DNA of 33,928 nt from an uncultured Nostocoides sp. (GCA_936931335.1 CAKZIH010000168.1:1-33928), one strand, 5' to 3'; numbered from the stretch's first letter, positions 18,547-28,461 are shown. Notes: generated by a model not told the origin, from the sequence alone. Numbers and translations are program-made.

Positions 18547-20020
18547 CCCAGATCTGATCGGTGCGCTGCGCGCCGATCTACAGGCCGCCCAGTTCACCGT
18601 CACCCACCTGAGCGAGCTGCTCGGCCCCGTCGCTGCCGGCGCGCTGCAGCGCGACCAGATGGTGCCGGCCGAACTGCATACCCGGGGCAATGCGGACCCG
18701 GCGGCGATCCTGCTACGCCTGTTCACCCTCGGCGACCCGGTCGACGAGCGCGAGGTCGCCGCGGCGCTGCCCCGGCTGGGTTCGGCCGGCGCCGCCGCCC
18801 TCGGGTTGGTGCGCGCCTCCGGCGACGCCCTGGTCGCGACCTGTGATCTGCGCCCTTATGGCGATGAGCAGCACGACTGGTGGGTCGCCTCGGACCTGTC
18901 GGAAGTGGCGACCCGGGCGCCGCTGCTGCCCGAGCACGTCCTCGGGATCGGCGGTGCGTCGACCACCCTGGCCGCGTGGACCCCGCGGCCGCGCGCCCGC
19001 CGGGCCCTGGATCTGGGAACCGGCTGCGGCGTCCAGGCGCTGCACCTCGGCGCCCACGTCGAGCACGTGGTGGCCACCGATATCTCCGCACCCGCCCTGG
19101 CGTATGCCGCCTTCAACGCCGCGCTCAACGAACAGGACTGGGAGCTGCGGGCGGGTTCGCTGCTGGAACCGGTGGCGGGGGAGCGCTTCGATCTGATCGT
19201 CAGCAACCCGCCCTTCGTGATCACGCCGCGGGTGGCCGAACTGCCGGTCTACGAATATCGCGACGCCGGCGCCCGGGGCGACGCCGTGGTCGAGCACTTG
19301 GTCACCACGCTGGGCGAGCATTTGGAACCCGGTGGCATCGCCCAACTGCTCGGCAACTGGGAGATCGCCGCGGGCGCGGACTGGCGCGATCGGGTCGGGG
19401 CCTGGGCCCGCGCCGCCGGCGTGGACGTCTGGGTCGTCCAGCGTGAGGTCCAGGACCCCGCGCAGTATGCCGAGACCTGGGCCCGCGACGGTGGCCACCG
19501 CAGCGGAACCGCTGAGTTCGCCCAGATGTATGCCGCGTGGCTGGCCGATTTTGCGGCCCGCGACGTGGCGGCGGTCGGTTTCGGCATCGTCACGCTGCAC
19601 CGGCCGGCCACGCAGCGCGAACCATTCATCGACCTCACGGAGGCCCGCGGGCCGGTGGCCACGCCGATGGGCCCGGCGATCCTGGCGGGCATCGAGGCAC
19701 GGGTGTGGCTGGCGGAGCACGGGGACGACGACGTACTGGCTACGGCGTGGTCGGTGGCGCCGGATATCACTGTGGCGCACCACTTCCGGGCGGGCGCCAG
19801 CGATCCCACGGTGATCCGGCTGACCCAGGGCGGCGGGCTGGGGCGGACCGAGGATCTGGACACCGCGAGCGCGGCCTATGTCTCGGTTGCCGACGGGGAA
19901 CTGACCGCCCGGGTGGCCTTGGCGGCGATCGCCGGCCTGCTCGACGTGGACCAGGACGCCCTCATCGCCGATCTGCTGCCGCGCCTGCGGCGCTGGATCG
20001 CCGACGGCATCCTGCGCTAG
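18530..20020 (+). CDS. Class I SAM-dependent methyltransferase (NPPF, HemK/MTS-like)
   Basis: LDLGTGCGVQALH and DLIVSNPPF. TACTGT -10 lies just upstream of ATG 18530. Confidence 0.88.
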   Translation: MSLVVDPDLIGALRADLQAAQFTVTHLSELLGPVAAGALQRDQMVPAELHTRGNADPAAILLRLFTLGDPVDEREVAAALPRLGSAGAAALGLVRASGDALVATCDLRPYGDEQHDWWVASDLSEVATRAPLLPEHVLGIGGASTTLAAWTPRPRARRALDLGTGCGVQALHLGAHVEHVVATDISAPALAYAAFNAALNEQDWELRAGSLLEPVAGERFDLIVSNPPFVITPRVAELPVYEYRDAGARGDAVVEHLVTTLGEHLEPGGIAQLLGNWEIAAGADWRDRVGAWARAAGVDVWVVQREVQDPAQYAETWARDGGHRSGTAEFAQMYAAWLADFAARDVAAVGFGIVTLHRPATQREPFIDLTEARGPVATPMGPAILAGIEARVWLAEHGDDDVLATAWSVAPDITVAHHFRAGASDPTVIRLTQGGGLGRTEDLDTASAAYVSVADGELTARVALAAIAGLLDVDQDALIADLLPRLRRWIADGILR

Positions 20021-20056
20021 CCGCCGGGGGGACGGCCTCGCTCGGGACGGGCCGGC

Positions 20057-20842
20057 TCAGGCGGCGAACTGCCAGGAGCGCTTGGACAGGCCGAACCAGA
20101 ATCCCTCCACCGCAGCGGTATTCGCGATGCCACCGTTGGCGTATGCCGCGCCCAGCGCGACATAGAGTGGCGCCCAGTGCTCGGTGCGCGGGTGCGCCTC
20201 GCCGGGGGCCGGGGCCCGATGCTCGAAGTCCAGCAGCGCGTCCAGATCCTGTGCGGCCATCGCCTCGGCAGCCCACTGGTCGAACTCGCTGGAGACCGGG
20301 GGAGGGGTGCTGTCCGCGCCGGCGCGGGGGTTGAACCAGCGCAGGTTGTGCGTGGTGAAACCGGAGCCGATGATCATCGTGCCGCTCTCCCGCAGAGCGC
20401 CGAGCCGTTCGCCCAGGGCGAAGAGTTCGCGCGGAGCCAGGGTCGGCAGGGACAACTGCAACACGGGGATATCGGCCTGGGGGAACATCTCCACCAGCGG
20501 GACATAGGCGCCGTGGTCCAGCCCCCGGGTCTCGTCGCGGTGGACCACCTGTGGCCCGCCCAGCAGGCGGGTGATGTCGTCGGCCAGATCCGGGGCGGTC
20601 GGTGCGTCATACCGGACGGCGTAGTACTTCTCAGGGAAGCCCCAGAAGTCATAGACCAGCGGCACCGGGCGCGCACTGGCGCTGACGGTGATGGGCGCCT
20701 GCTCCCAGTGCGCGGAGATCATCAGGATTCGCTCCGGTCGCGGCAGGGTCGCCGACCAGTCCCGCAACTGCCGCGTCCAGGTGGGGTCGTCGGCGAGCGG
20801 AGGGGCGCCGTGGCTGAGGAAGAGGACGGGAGCATCTGACAT
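20057..20842 (-). CDS. Extradiol ring-cleavage dioxygenase, class III (DODA/YgiD/LigB-like)
   Basis: LSHGAP, SAHW, LDHG, GSGFTTHNL and HPRTEHWAPL. Confidence 0.9.
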   Translation of the reverse strand: MSDAPVLFLSHGAPPLADDPTWTRQLRDWSATLPRPERILMISAHWEQAPITVSASARPVPLVYDFWGFPEKYYAVRYDAPTAPDLADDITRLLGGPQVVHRDETRGLDHGAYVPLVEMFPQADIPVLQLSLPTLAPRELFALGERLGALRESGTMIIGSGFTTHNLRWFNPRAGADSTPPPVSSEFDQWAAEAMAAQDLDALLDFEHRAPAPGEAHPRTEHWAPLYVALGAAYANGGIANTAAVEGFWFGLSKRSWQFAA

Positions 20843-20849
20843 ACGAGAT

Positions 20850-20878
20850 AGCCTACGGGAAACTTGTTTAGTTTTCAA
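20850..20878 (-). promoter_or_regulatory. SigA-type promoter of the leaderless dioxygenase gene
   Basis: TTGAAA-17 nt-TAGGCT-7 nt-ATG. Confidence 0.7.
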
Positions 20879-20978
20879 TCAAAGAGTAGATTGTGGCTGG
20901 GCGGGCGCAAGCCGCGGTATAGCGTGCTTCCGAACCCCGCACGCTCGTTCGGGGTGGATGGAAGGTGTGTGGTTGTCA

Positions 20979-23804
20979 GTGGCGGGGCGCAAGCTCGTCA
21001 TCGTGGAGTCCCCGGCGAAGATCAAGAGCATCTCCGCCTACCTGGGCCCGGAGTATGACGTCGAGGCATCGATCGGGCATATCCGCGACCTGCCCACCCC
21101 CTCCGAGCTGCCCGCGGACATGAAGAAGGGGCCCTTCGGCAAGTTCGGCGTCGACATCGACAACGACTTCGAGCCCTACTACATCGTCGACGCGGACAAA
21201 AAGAAGAAGGTCGCCGAGCTCAAGCGGCTGCTCAAGAACGCCGACGAGCTCTACCTGGCCACCGATGAAGACCGCGAGGGCGAGGCCATTGCCTGGCACC
21301 TGCGCGAGGCGCTGCAGCCCAAGGTGCCGGTCAAGCGCATGGTCTTCAACGAGATCACCCGCGAGGCCATTCAGCGCGCCGCCGCCAACACCCGCGATAT
21401 CGACGCGAACCTCGTCGACGCCCAGGAGACCCGGCGCATCCTCGATCGCCTCTATGGCTATGAGGTGTCCCCGGTCCTGTGGCGCAAGGTCCGCGCCGGC
21501 CTGTCCGCCGGCCGCGTGCAGAGCGTGGCCACCCGAATGGTCGTGGAGCGCGAGCGCGAGCGGATGGCCTTCCGCGCCGCCTCCTATTGGGATGTGGAAG
21601 GGGAGTTCGCCACCACTGCCCCCGCGCAATTCGTCGCTCGGCTGACCACTCTGGGCGGCCAGCGCGTGGCCACCGGCCGTGACTTCGACGACGCGGGCCA
21701 GTTGACCAGCAGCAAGGCCGTCCAGCTCGACGAGGCTGGCGCCCGCGCGGTGGCCGAAGGCCTGAGTGGTGGTCGGCTGCGCGTCGCGTCGGTCCAGGAG
21801 AAGCCGTATACCCGTCGGCCGTCGGCGCCTTTCATCACCTCCACGCTGCAACAGGAGGCCTCGCGCAAGCTGCGCCTATCCGCCAAGGATTCGATGCGGG
21901 TCGCCCAGCGGCTCTACGAAAACGGCTACATCACCTATATGCGTACCGACTCCACGGTGCTCTCGCAGTCGGCGCTCAACGCCGCCCGCTCGCAGGCCCG
22001 GGAGATGTATGGCGCCGACCACGTCCCCGATGCCCCGCGCCACTACAAGTCGAGTAACTCGGGTGCCCAGGAGGCGCACGAGGCGATCCGCCCCGCGGGG
22101 GACACCTTCCGCACCCCAGCACAGGTCGCCGGGGAACTGCGCGGCACCGAACTCGCGCTCTACGACCTGATCTGGAAACGCACCGTGGCCTCGCAGATGG
22201 CCGATGCCACCGGATCCACCGCAACCGTGCGTCTGACCGGCACGCTCCCGGACGGCCGGGAGGCGGAGTTCAGCGCCAGCGGCACGGTCATCACCTTCCG
22301 GGGCTTCCTCGCGGCATACGAGGAAGGGCGCGACGAAGAGGACACCCACCGCAAGAAGGAAGCCAAGCTCGCGGCGCAGGAAGAGCGTCGCCTGCCGAAG
22401 CTGATCGAGGGTGAAGAACTCGATGTCCTGCGCCTCGACGCGCAGGGCCACGAGACCAGCCCGCCGCCGCGCTATACCGAGGCAACCCTGGTAAAAGCCT
22501 TGGAGGAGAAGCGGATCGGGCGCCCCTCGACCTACGCCTCCACCCTCGGGACGATTCAGGACCGCGGCTATGTCAGCAGCCAGGGCAACGCCCTGGTGCC
22601 CTCCTGGCTGGCGTTCGCGGTCACCCGGCTGATGGAGGAGCACTTCGGCCGGCTCGTGGACTATGACTTCACCGCCGTGCTCGAAGCGGAGCTCGACGGC
22701 ATCGCCCGCGGCGACGCGCACCGGGTGGAATGGCTGCGCCGTTTTTACTTCGGCGACGAGGCCACCTCCGCCGAGGGTTTGCGCGACCTGGTTGAGGACC
22801 TCGGCGATATCGATGCCCGCGCGGTCTCCACCATCGAGATCGGTGACCGGCTCGCCGTGCGCGTCGGCCGCTATGGCCCCTATGTCGAGGAGACCGCCCC
22901 CGAGGGCGTCGACCCGACCACCGGCGAGATGCTCGAGGATGCGCAGACCGCGCCGCGGCGAGCCTCGCTGCCCGACGACATCGCGCCGGCCGATCTGACC
23001 GTCGAGCGCGCCCGCGAGTTGCTGGAGATGTCGGCCGACGACGGCCGCAGCCTGGGTGTGGACCCGGACAGCGGGCACGAGATCATCGCCAAGGCGGGGC
23101 GCTTTGGGCCCTATGTCACCGAGGTGCTGCCCGAGCCCAGTGAGGGGGCCAAGAAGGCCGCGCTGGTCAAGCCGCGTACGGCCTCGCTCTTCAAGGACAT
23201 GGACCTGGCCACGTTGGACCTGGAGACCGCGCTGCGGCTGCTGAGCCTGCCGCGGGTCGTCGGCGCGCACCCGGAGACCGGGGTGGAGATCACCGCGCAG
23301 AATGGCCGGTATGGGCCGTATCTGAAGATGGGCACCGATTCGCGCTCGTTGACCAGCGAGAGCGAGCTCTTCGACGTCACCCTCGAGCAGGCGCTGGCCA
23401 TCTATGCCGAGCCCAAGCAGCGCGGGCGGGCCGCGGCCAAGCCGCCGCTCAAGGAACTCGGCGCGGATCCGGTCAGCGGCAAGCCGGTCGTGGTGAAGGA
23501 CGGGCGCTTCGGGCCCTATGTCACCGACGGTGACACCAATGCCACGCTGCGTCGCGACGACGATCCGGAGTCGATCACGCCCGAGCGCGGGTTCGAGCTG
23601 CTGGCGGAGAAGCGGGCCAAGGGGCCGACTACCCGCAAAAAGTCCGCCGCGCGCAAGACCACGGCCAAGAAGTCGACGGCGAAGAAGGCCACCGCGACCA
23701 AGAGCACGGCGACAAAGACCACCGCCGCGAAGAAAACAGCGGCGGCGAAGACCACGGCGACGAAGACCGCGGCGGCGAAGACCGCCAAGCCGACTGCGGA
23801 CTGA
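20979..23804 (+). CDS. topA: DNA topoisomerase I with actinobacterial Lys/Ala/Thr-rich tail
   Basis: LVIVESPAK, ATDEDREGE, SAGRVQS, GYITYMRTD, repeated GRYGPY domains and AKK repeats. Confidence 0.97.
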   Translation: MAGRKLVIVESPAKIKSISAYLGPEYDVEASIGHIRDLPTPSELPADMKKGPFGKFGVDIDNDFEPYYIVDADKKKKVAELKRLLKNADELYLATDEDREGEAIAWHLREALQPKVPVKRMVFNEITREAIQRAAANTRDIDANLVDAQETRRILDRLYGYEVSPVLWRKVRAGLSAGRVQSVATRMVVERERERMAFRAASYWDVEGEFATTAPAQFVARLTTLGGQRVATGRDFDDAGQLTSSKAVQLDEAGARAVAEGLSGGRLRVASVQEKPYTRRPSAPFITSTLQQEASRKLRLSAKDSMRVAQRLYENGYITYMRTDSTVLSQSALNAARSQAREMYGADHVPDAPRHYKSSNSGAQEAHEAIRPAGDTFRTPAQVAGELRGTELALYDLIWKRTVASQMADATGSTATVRLTGTLPDGREAEFSASGTVITFRGFLAAYEEGRDEEDTHRKKEAKLAAQEERRLPKLIEGEELDVLRLDAQGHETSPPPRYTEATLVKALEEKRIGRPSTYASTLGTIQDRGYVSSQGNALVPSWLAFAVTRLMEEHFGRLVDYDFTAVLEAELDGIARGDAHRVEWLRRFYFGDEATSAEGLRDLVEDLGDIDARAVSTIEIGDRLAVRVGRYGPYVEETAPEGVDPTTGEMLEDAQTAPRRASLPDDIAPADLTVERARELLEMSADDGRSLGVDPDSGHEIIAKAGRFGPYVTEVLPEPSEGAKKAALVKPRTASLFKDMDLATLDLETALRLLSLPRVVGAHPETGVEITAQNGRYGPYLKMGTDSRSLTSESELFDVTLEQALAIYAEPKQRGRAAAKPPLKELGADPVSGKPVVVKDGRFGPYVTDGDTNATLRRDDDPESITPERGFELLAEKRAKGPTTRKKSAARKTTAKKSTAKKATATKSTATKTTAAKKTAAAKTTATKTAAAKTAKPTAD

Positions 23805-23847
23805 GTGGCGCGACCCCCTGTCGGTAGACCCGTCTAGGGTGCCAATC

Positions 23848-24477
23848 GTGACCACCGGGATCTTCCTCGCACTCGAGGGCGGCGACGGCGCGGGCAAGTC
23901 GACTCAGGCGCGGCTGCTCGCGGCGGCATACGAGCGCGTCGGGCGCCCGGTTGTGCGCACCCGGCAGCCGGGTGGCACGGCATTGGGCCAGGCGTTGCGC
24001 GATCTGGTGCTGCACGGGGATGCGATGGACCCCCGCGCCGAGGCGCTGATCTTCGCGGCCGACAAGGCCCAGCATGTGGCGCAGGTGGTGCGCCCGGCAC
24101 TGGCGGCGGGTTCGGTGGTGCTCACCGATCGGTATACGGACTCCGCGGTCGCCTATCAGGGGGCCGGTCGCGATCTGGGTGCGGCGGAGGTGCAGGCCCT
24201 GCAGATGTGGGCGGTCGGCGACTTGGTCCCCGACCTGACGATCGTGATCGACGTCCCCAGCGAGGAGGGCCGGCGCCGGCGGGGCGAGGTGCACGACCGG
24301 CTCGAGTCGGAGGCGGACGGCTATCACGCCGCTGTTCGGGCGCACTTCCTGGCCATGGCGCAGGGGGCGCCGGAGCGCTATCTCGTCGTGGATGGCACGG
24401 GGTCGCCGGAGCAGATCCATACGCAGATCTGTGGTCGCTTGCGCGCCGAGGGTTTGCTCCCGCCGGAGAGCCCATGA
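23848..24477 (+). CDS. tmk: Thymidylate kinase
   Basis: EGGDGAGKSTQ and DRYTDSAVAYQG. TAGGGT -10 lies 7 nt before the GTG. Confidence 0.95.
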   Translation: MTTGIFLALEGGDGAGKSTQARLLAAAYERVGRPVVRTRQPGGTALGQALRDLVLHGDAMDPRAEALIFAADKAQHVAQVVRPALAAGSVVLTDRYTDSAVAYQGAGRDLGAAEVQALQMWAVGDLVPDLTIVIDVPSEEGRRRRGEVHDRLESEADGYHAAVRAHFLAMAQGAPERYLVVDGTGSPEQIHTQICGRLRAEGLLPPESP

Positions 24478-25613
24478 GCGTCTGGCGTGATGTCGTCGGC
24501 CAAGAGCCGGCGTTGGCGATCTTGCGCCGGGCGGTTGCCGATCCGGCCGCGATGACCCATGCGTGGCTGTTCACCGGGCCGCCGGGATCGGGACGGTCGG
24601 TCGCGGCCCGCGCCTTCGCCGCCGCTTTGCTGTGTCCGCAGGGCGGGTGCGGCGAATGCCGCGAATGTCGCACCGCGCTCGACGGCTCGCATGCCGATGT
24701 GGACCTGGTGTCGACGGAGGGCCTGACCATCGGTGTGGAGCAGGCGCGCTCGCTGGTCCAGATCGCCGCTCGCCGGCCCTCGGTCGGCCGCTGGCGGATC
24801 CTGGTGATCGAGGACGCCGACCGGCTCACCGACAATTCCGGCAATGCCTTGCTCAAGGCCATCGAGGAGCCCGGCACTCGGACCATCTGGTTGCTCTGCG
24901 CACCCTCGGTCGAGGACGTACTCATTACCCTGCGCTCGCGCTCCCGGCAGGTTCGGCTGCGCACCCCGCCCGCCGAGGCCGTTGCCCAATTGCTTGTCGA
25001 CCGGGATGGCGTGGACCCGGCGCTGGCCATCCACTGCGCCCGCGCTGCGCAGAGCCATATCGGGATCGCCCGGCGGCTGGCTCGCGACGAGGGCGCCCGC
25101 ATCCGGCGCCGCCAGGTGGTCACGATGAGCGCCAAGATCACCGGGGTTGGCGACGCGATCGGGGCCGCCGCGGACCTGATGGCGATCGCCGAGGAGGAGC
25201 GCGATGCCGCGCTCGGTGAGCGCAATGCCGCCGAGCGCACCCGCCTGCTGGAAACCCTCGGCGCCGATCCGGGCGCGCGCACCCAGCCACCCCACATACG
25301 GGCTCAGTTCACTGCCCTGGAAAAGGATCAGAAAACCCGGGCTACGCGCTTCACCCGCGATGTCGTCGACCGGACGCTGATCGATCTGCTCTCGGTGTAC
25401 CGGGATGCGCTGGTGTTGCGGATGGGTGGCAGCGTCACCCTCGTCAACACCGACAACCAGGCGGTGGTCGGTCAGCTGGCTCGCGCGTTCTCGGCCGCCG
25501 GGCTGCTCGGGGCGATGGATGCGATCGGCCAGGCGCGGGAGCGAATTGGCGCGAATGTGCCGCCGCTGCTCGCGCTGGAGGCGATGGCGATCTCCCTGCA
25601 ACTGCCGCGCTGA
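24474..25613 (+). CDS. holB: DNA polymerase III subunit delta'
   Basis: HAWLFTGPPGSGRS, Zn Cys cluster, NALLKAIEEP and RSR; follows tmk. Confidence 0.95.
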   Translation: MSVWRDVVGQEPALAILRRAVADPAAMTHAWLFTGPPGSGRSVAARAFAAALLCPQGGCGECRECRTALDGSHADVDLVSTEGLTIGVEQARSLVQIAARRPSVGRWRILVIEDADRLTDNSGNALLKAIEEPGTRTIWLLCAPSVEDVLITLRSRSRQVRLRTPPAEAVAQLLVDRDGVDPALAIHCARAAQSHIGIARRLARDEGARIRRRQVVTMSAKITGVGDAIGAAADLMAIAEEERDAALGERNAAERTRLLETLGADPGARTQPPHIRAQFTALEKDQKTRATRFTRDVVDRTLIDLLSVYRDALVLRMGGSVTLVNTDNQAVVGQLARAFSAAGLLGAMDAIGQARERIGANVPPLLALEAMAISLQLPR

Positions 25614-25624
25614 GCCGCTCGAGT

Positions 25625-25657
25625 CACATCGTTATCTGCCCGGGACACATCGTTATC
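25625..25657 (+). promoter_or_regulatory. 12-bp direct repeat CACATCGTTATC x2 (21-bp period), putative operator
   Basis: Exact copies at 25625-25636 and 25646-25657, upstream of the hydrolase -10 TAGGTT (25700-25705). Confidence 0.55.
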
Positions 25658-25711
25658 GCACGGCGACCGGACGGTCAGCTTGCGCTTAGGGCCGCGGGCT
25701 AGGTTCTTGGT

Positions 25712-27277
25712 ATGTCCGTTGCCCGCCGCGTCCGCCGGCGTCGGCGAGCCACGATGTTCGCTGCCGCCACGCTCGTCTTGGCCGGTTGCACGGTCCCCAA
25801 TCCCTTCGACGACGATGAGAGTGCCGCGCCCAGTGCGACGCTGTCGGCGAGCGAACAGGTGCCCGCGGGGTCGGAGGCGTTGGCGCGCTTCTATACGCAG
25901 AAGCTGTCGTGGAACGAGTGCGGCGGGCCGAAGTGCGCCAAGCTCACCGTTCCCGTCGACTACGCCCAGCCGGACGGGGAGACCATCCAGCTCAGCGTGC
26001 TCAAGGTGGAGAAGCGCGGCGGTGGCACCCGGCTCGGTTCGTTGCTGGTCAACCCCGGCGGCCCGGGCGGCAGCGGAGTCGAATACGCCAAGTTCGCGGA
26101 CTTCGTCGTCGGCACGCCAGTACGCCGCTCGTATGACCTGGTTGGTTTCGACCCGCGCGGGGTGCAGTCGTCCGCGCCCATCGAATGCGTGCAGCCGGCG
26201 CAACTCGACGAGATGCTCGGTCAGGACCCGACCCCCGACGACGCGCAGGAACGCAGCCACGCGGAGAAGGTCGCCATTGATTTCGGCACGGCGTGCAAGG
26301 AGAATGCCGGGTCCCTGCTGGGGCATGTCTCCACCGTCGAGGCCGCCAAGGACATGGATGTCCTGCGTGCGGTGCTCGGCGACACGAAGATCAACTACCT
26401 CGGCAAGTCCTATGGGACCTTCCTCGGGGCTACCTATGCCGGGCTCTTCCCTGACCGGGTCGGCCGGATGGTGTTGGACGGTGCGCTCGCGCCCGACCTG
26501 AGCGCCGAGGAGGTGGCGCTGGGGCAGGCGCGCGGCTTCGAGACCGCGACCCGGGCGTGGGCCGCCGATTGCGTCGCCGGCGGTGACTGCCCGCTCGGCG
26601 ACAACACCGATGCGGTGATGAGCGGCATGGTCGATTTCTTCAAGCAGCTCGACGCCAACCCGGTGCCGATCAAGGGCGACCCGCGCATCACCGAGCTCAC
26701 GGAGGGCTGGGCGGCATACGGGGTGGCGGCGGCGATGTACGACCAGGGTCAGTGGGACACCCTGACCGACGCGCTGCGCAAGGTGGTGCGCGATCACGAC
26801 GGTACCGAGCTGATGGGGCTGGCGAATACCTATGCCGAGCGCACCGGCACCGGCAGCTACACCGGGAACATGATGCAGGTCATCAACGCGGTGAACTGCC
26901 TGGATGTCGCGGACAGCTCGGATCTGTCGGTCTATATGCAGCGGGCGCAGATGTTCTCGGCGCAGGCGCCGATCTTTGGGCGCTTCCTGGCGTGGGCAGG
27001 GCTGACCTGCGGATATTGGCCGATCCCGGCCACCGGTCACCCGGGCAAGATCACCGCCGCCGGCTCGGCGCCGATCGTCGTCGTCGGCACCACCCGCGAC
27101 CCGGCCACCCCGTATGACTGGGCCGTCCGCCTCGCCGACCAACTGCAGGCGGCGGTGCTGGTGACCATGGACGGGGACGGGCACACGGCATACATGCGGG
27201 CCAACTCGTGCATCGATGTGGCGATCAACGACTACTACGCCAAGGGCAAGGTCCCCGCCGACGGCCTGCGCTGCTGA
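25712..27277 (+). CDS. Lipoprotein alpha/beta hydrolase, TAP-like (Hip1/SlpD type)
   Basis: Arg-rich n-region and lipobox LAGC; NPGGPGGSG, FDPRGV, GKSYGT, DPATP and GHT catalytic motifs. Confidence 0.9.
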   Translation: MSVARRVRRRRRATMFAAATLVLAGCTVPNPFDDDESAAPSATLSASEQVPAGSEALARFYTQKLSWNECGGPKCAKLTVPVDYAQPDGETIQLSVLKVEKRGGGTRLGSLLVNPGGPGGSGVEYAKFADFVVGTPVRRSYDLVGFDPRGVQSSAPIECVQPAQLDEMLGQDPTPDDAQERSHAEKVAIDFGTACKENAGSLLGHVSTVEAAKDMDVLRAVLGDTKINYLGKSYGTFLGATYAGLFPDRVGRMVLDGALAPDLSAEEVALGQARGFETATRAWAADCVAGGDCPLGDNTDAVMSGMVDFFKQLDANPVPIKGDPRITELTEGWAAYGVAAAMYDQGQWDTLTDALRKVVRDHDGTELMGLANTYAERTGTGSYTGNMMQVINAVNCLDVADSSDLSVYMQRAQMFSAQAPIFGRFLAWAGLTCGYWPIPATGHPGKITAAGSAPIVVVGTTRDPATPYDWAVRLADQLQAAVLVTMDGDGHTAYMRANSCIDVAINDYYAKGKVPADGLRC

Positions 27278-27328
27278 TTGGGCGCCGCCCGGCCGGTTCC
27301 GTATACTGCTGGGGCGCCTCGGCGCAAC

Positions 27329-27405
27329 GCCGCTTTAGCTCAGTCGGCCAGAGCGATTCACTCGTAATGAATAGGTCATCGGTTCGATTCCGATAAGCGG
27401 CTCCA
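27329..27405 (+). tRNA. tRNA-Thr(CGT)
   Basis: Acceptor stem GCCGCTT/AAGCGGC, anticodon arm ATTCA-CTCGTAA-TGAAT, T-loop GGTTCGATTCC and encoded CCA. TATACT -10 at 27302-27307. Confidence 0.97.
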
Positions 27406-27411
27406 GATCAA

Positions 27412-27436
27412 GCCCTCCACTTCGGTGGAGGGCCTT
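27412..27436 (+). terminator. Hairpin/terminator after the tRNA
   Basis: GCCCTCCAC-TTCG-GTGGAGGGC (cUUCGg loop). Confidence 0.75.
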
Positions 27437-27564
27437 CCTGCTGGTGAAGGCCAGCGGGCGCGCCGTGTTCACTCGCTGTTCGGTCGGGTCAATGGGTGCA
27501 CCCCCGGTACGGGGGGCGCACAAGCTCCTAAACGTTGTCAGCTGCTCTGGATAGCTTGGGCACC

Positions 27565-28230
27565 ATGGTCTGGGGGCAGTCGAAGCGGACAGTGAAGAGA
27601 ACGTGTCGTTGGCTGGCACAGCCAGGGGACAGGTTTTACGTAATCTGGTTTGTTCTTCTGCTTCTTGTTGCGCAGTGGGGTGGGCCGCGGATCAGCGTGG
27701 CGGTGATGGTGGCTCCCGCCATCCTTGGGCTGATCGCAATGGGCATCGTGGGCTGGAGGCTGCCGCCGCCTCGTCCGCTTAGCGAGACGAGCGCCTTCGC
27801 CAGACGGATTGGCATGTTCGCCAGAGGGACCTGGCAAGGCGCTCTCTTCGCCTTCGCGGCGGTCCTGGGCGCCTGGGTGGCTATGCACCTTGGGCGCGTG
27901 GAAGCGGGCGATGAACTGATGCGACTCAGTTGGCAGTCGGTATTCCCGGTCGTTCTGGTCGCGACCCTCCTGGTGGGCTTCACGACCATGATGGGTCTGG
28001 CTGTTGACCTTTGGAGGAGCGGCTCCGCACGTCGCTCACAGACCATCTGGTCGTTGACCGCACCGTTGGCTCGCTATCCCATCGCCGGTCGGCTGCGCAA
28101 CTGGATCAATAGTTGCTTGGACTGGTTGACGACTCCCTTGAACTCTTTCTTGGCCGCGTACATGTCCCCGGCGGTGGTCGTTGCGATCTGGACCTATCGA
28201 CCGTCGATCGGACTTGTTGCTTGGGGATGA
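27565..28230 (+). CDS. Hypothetical ~5-TM membrane protein (islet cargo)
   Basis: 221-aa hydrophobic ORF with more A/T-ending codons than the backbone. TAGCTT -10 lies 7 nt before the ATG. Confidence 0.6.
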   Translation: MVWGQSKRTVKRTCRWLAQPGDRFYVIWFVLLLLVAQWGGPRISVAVMVAPAILGLIAMGIVGWRLPPPRPLSETSAFARRIGMFARGTWQGALFAFAAVLGAWVAMHLGRVEAGDELMRLSWQSVFPVVLVATLLVGFTTMMGLAVDLWRSGSARRSQTIWSLTAPLARYPIAGRLRNWINSCLDWLTTPLNSFLAAYMSPAVVVAIWTYRPSIGLVAWG

Positions 28231-28329
28231 CTGATTCGTTGATCCATAGGCCGTGATCGACGGGCTGCCGTGATCGCCGGTCTCGTGTCGAACGGCGACT
28301 CCGTCCGACGGCGGGCGATCGGGCAGACC

Positions 28330-28375
28330 CTGGTAGGGAATAGGAGGTCATCGGTTCGATTCCGGTAAGCGGCTC
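28330..28375 (+). repeat. Degenerate copy of the tRNA-Thr 3' half (attR-like)
   Basis: AGGTCATCGGTTCGATTCCGgTAAGCGGCTC (28345-28375) matches tRNA 27373-27403 at 30/31. 28330-28344 matches 27361-27375 at 12/15, with a 3-nt AGG duplication at the junction. Confidence 0.9.
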
Positions 28376-28392
28376 ACTCTCTACGCAGACCC

Positions 28393-28420
28393 AAGCCCCC
28401 GGGCCATCGCCTCGGGGCTT
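28393..28420 (+). terminator. Imperfect hairpin after the att-like repeat
   Basis: AAGCCCC...GGGGCTT stem. Confidence 0.55.
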
Positions 28421-28451
28421 CTGCGTGTCCCTGGTCTGAACTGTCGAGCTG

Positions 28452-28461
28452 TTATCCACAG
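28452..28461 (+). promoter_or_regulatory. DnaA-box-like site
   Basis: TTATCCACA(G), intergenic. Confidence 0.55.

Larger units (their letters stand above)
27361..28375. mobile_element. Integrase-less genomic islet (relic) integrated at tRNA-Thr
   Basis: Bounded by the tRNA 3' half and its degenerate direct repeat; carries one gene with atypical codon usage. Confidence 0.65.

Noticed and set aside
23630..23800. Repeats at the 3' end of topA, and Pro/Thr repeats at 33712-33928
   Set aside because: Coding low-complexity sequence: the known actinobacterial TopA lysine tail and a linker.
27335..27619. Two minus-strand ORFs sharing EPLxGIEPMT (this one and 28106..28570)
   Set aside because: These are antisense translations of the tRNA and its att-like copy, not paralogous proteins.
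6231..28461. DnaA boxes as a replication origin
   Set aside because: The boxes are isolated rather than clustered, and there is no dnaA/dnaN or AT-rich unwinding element.
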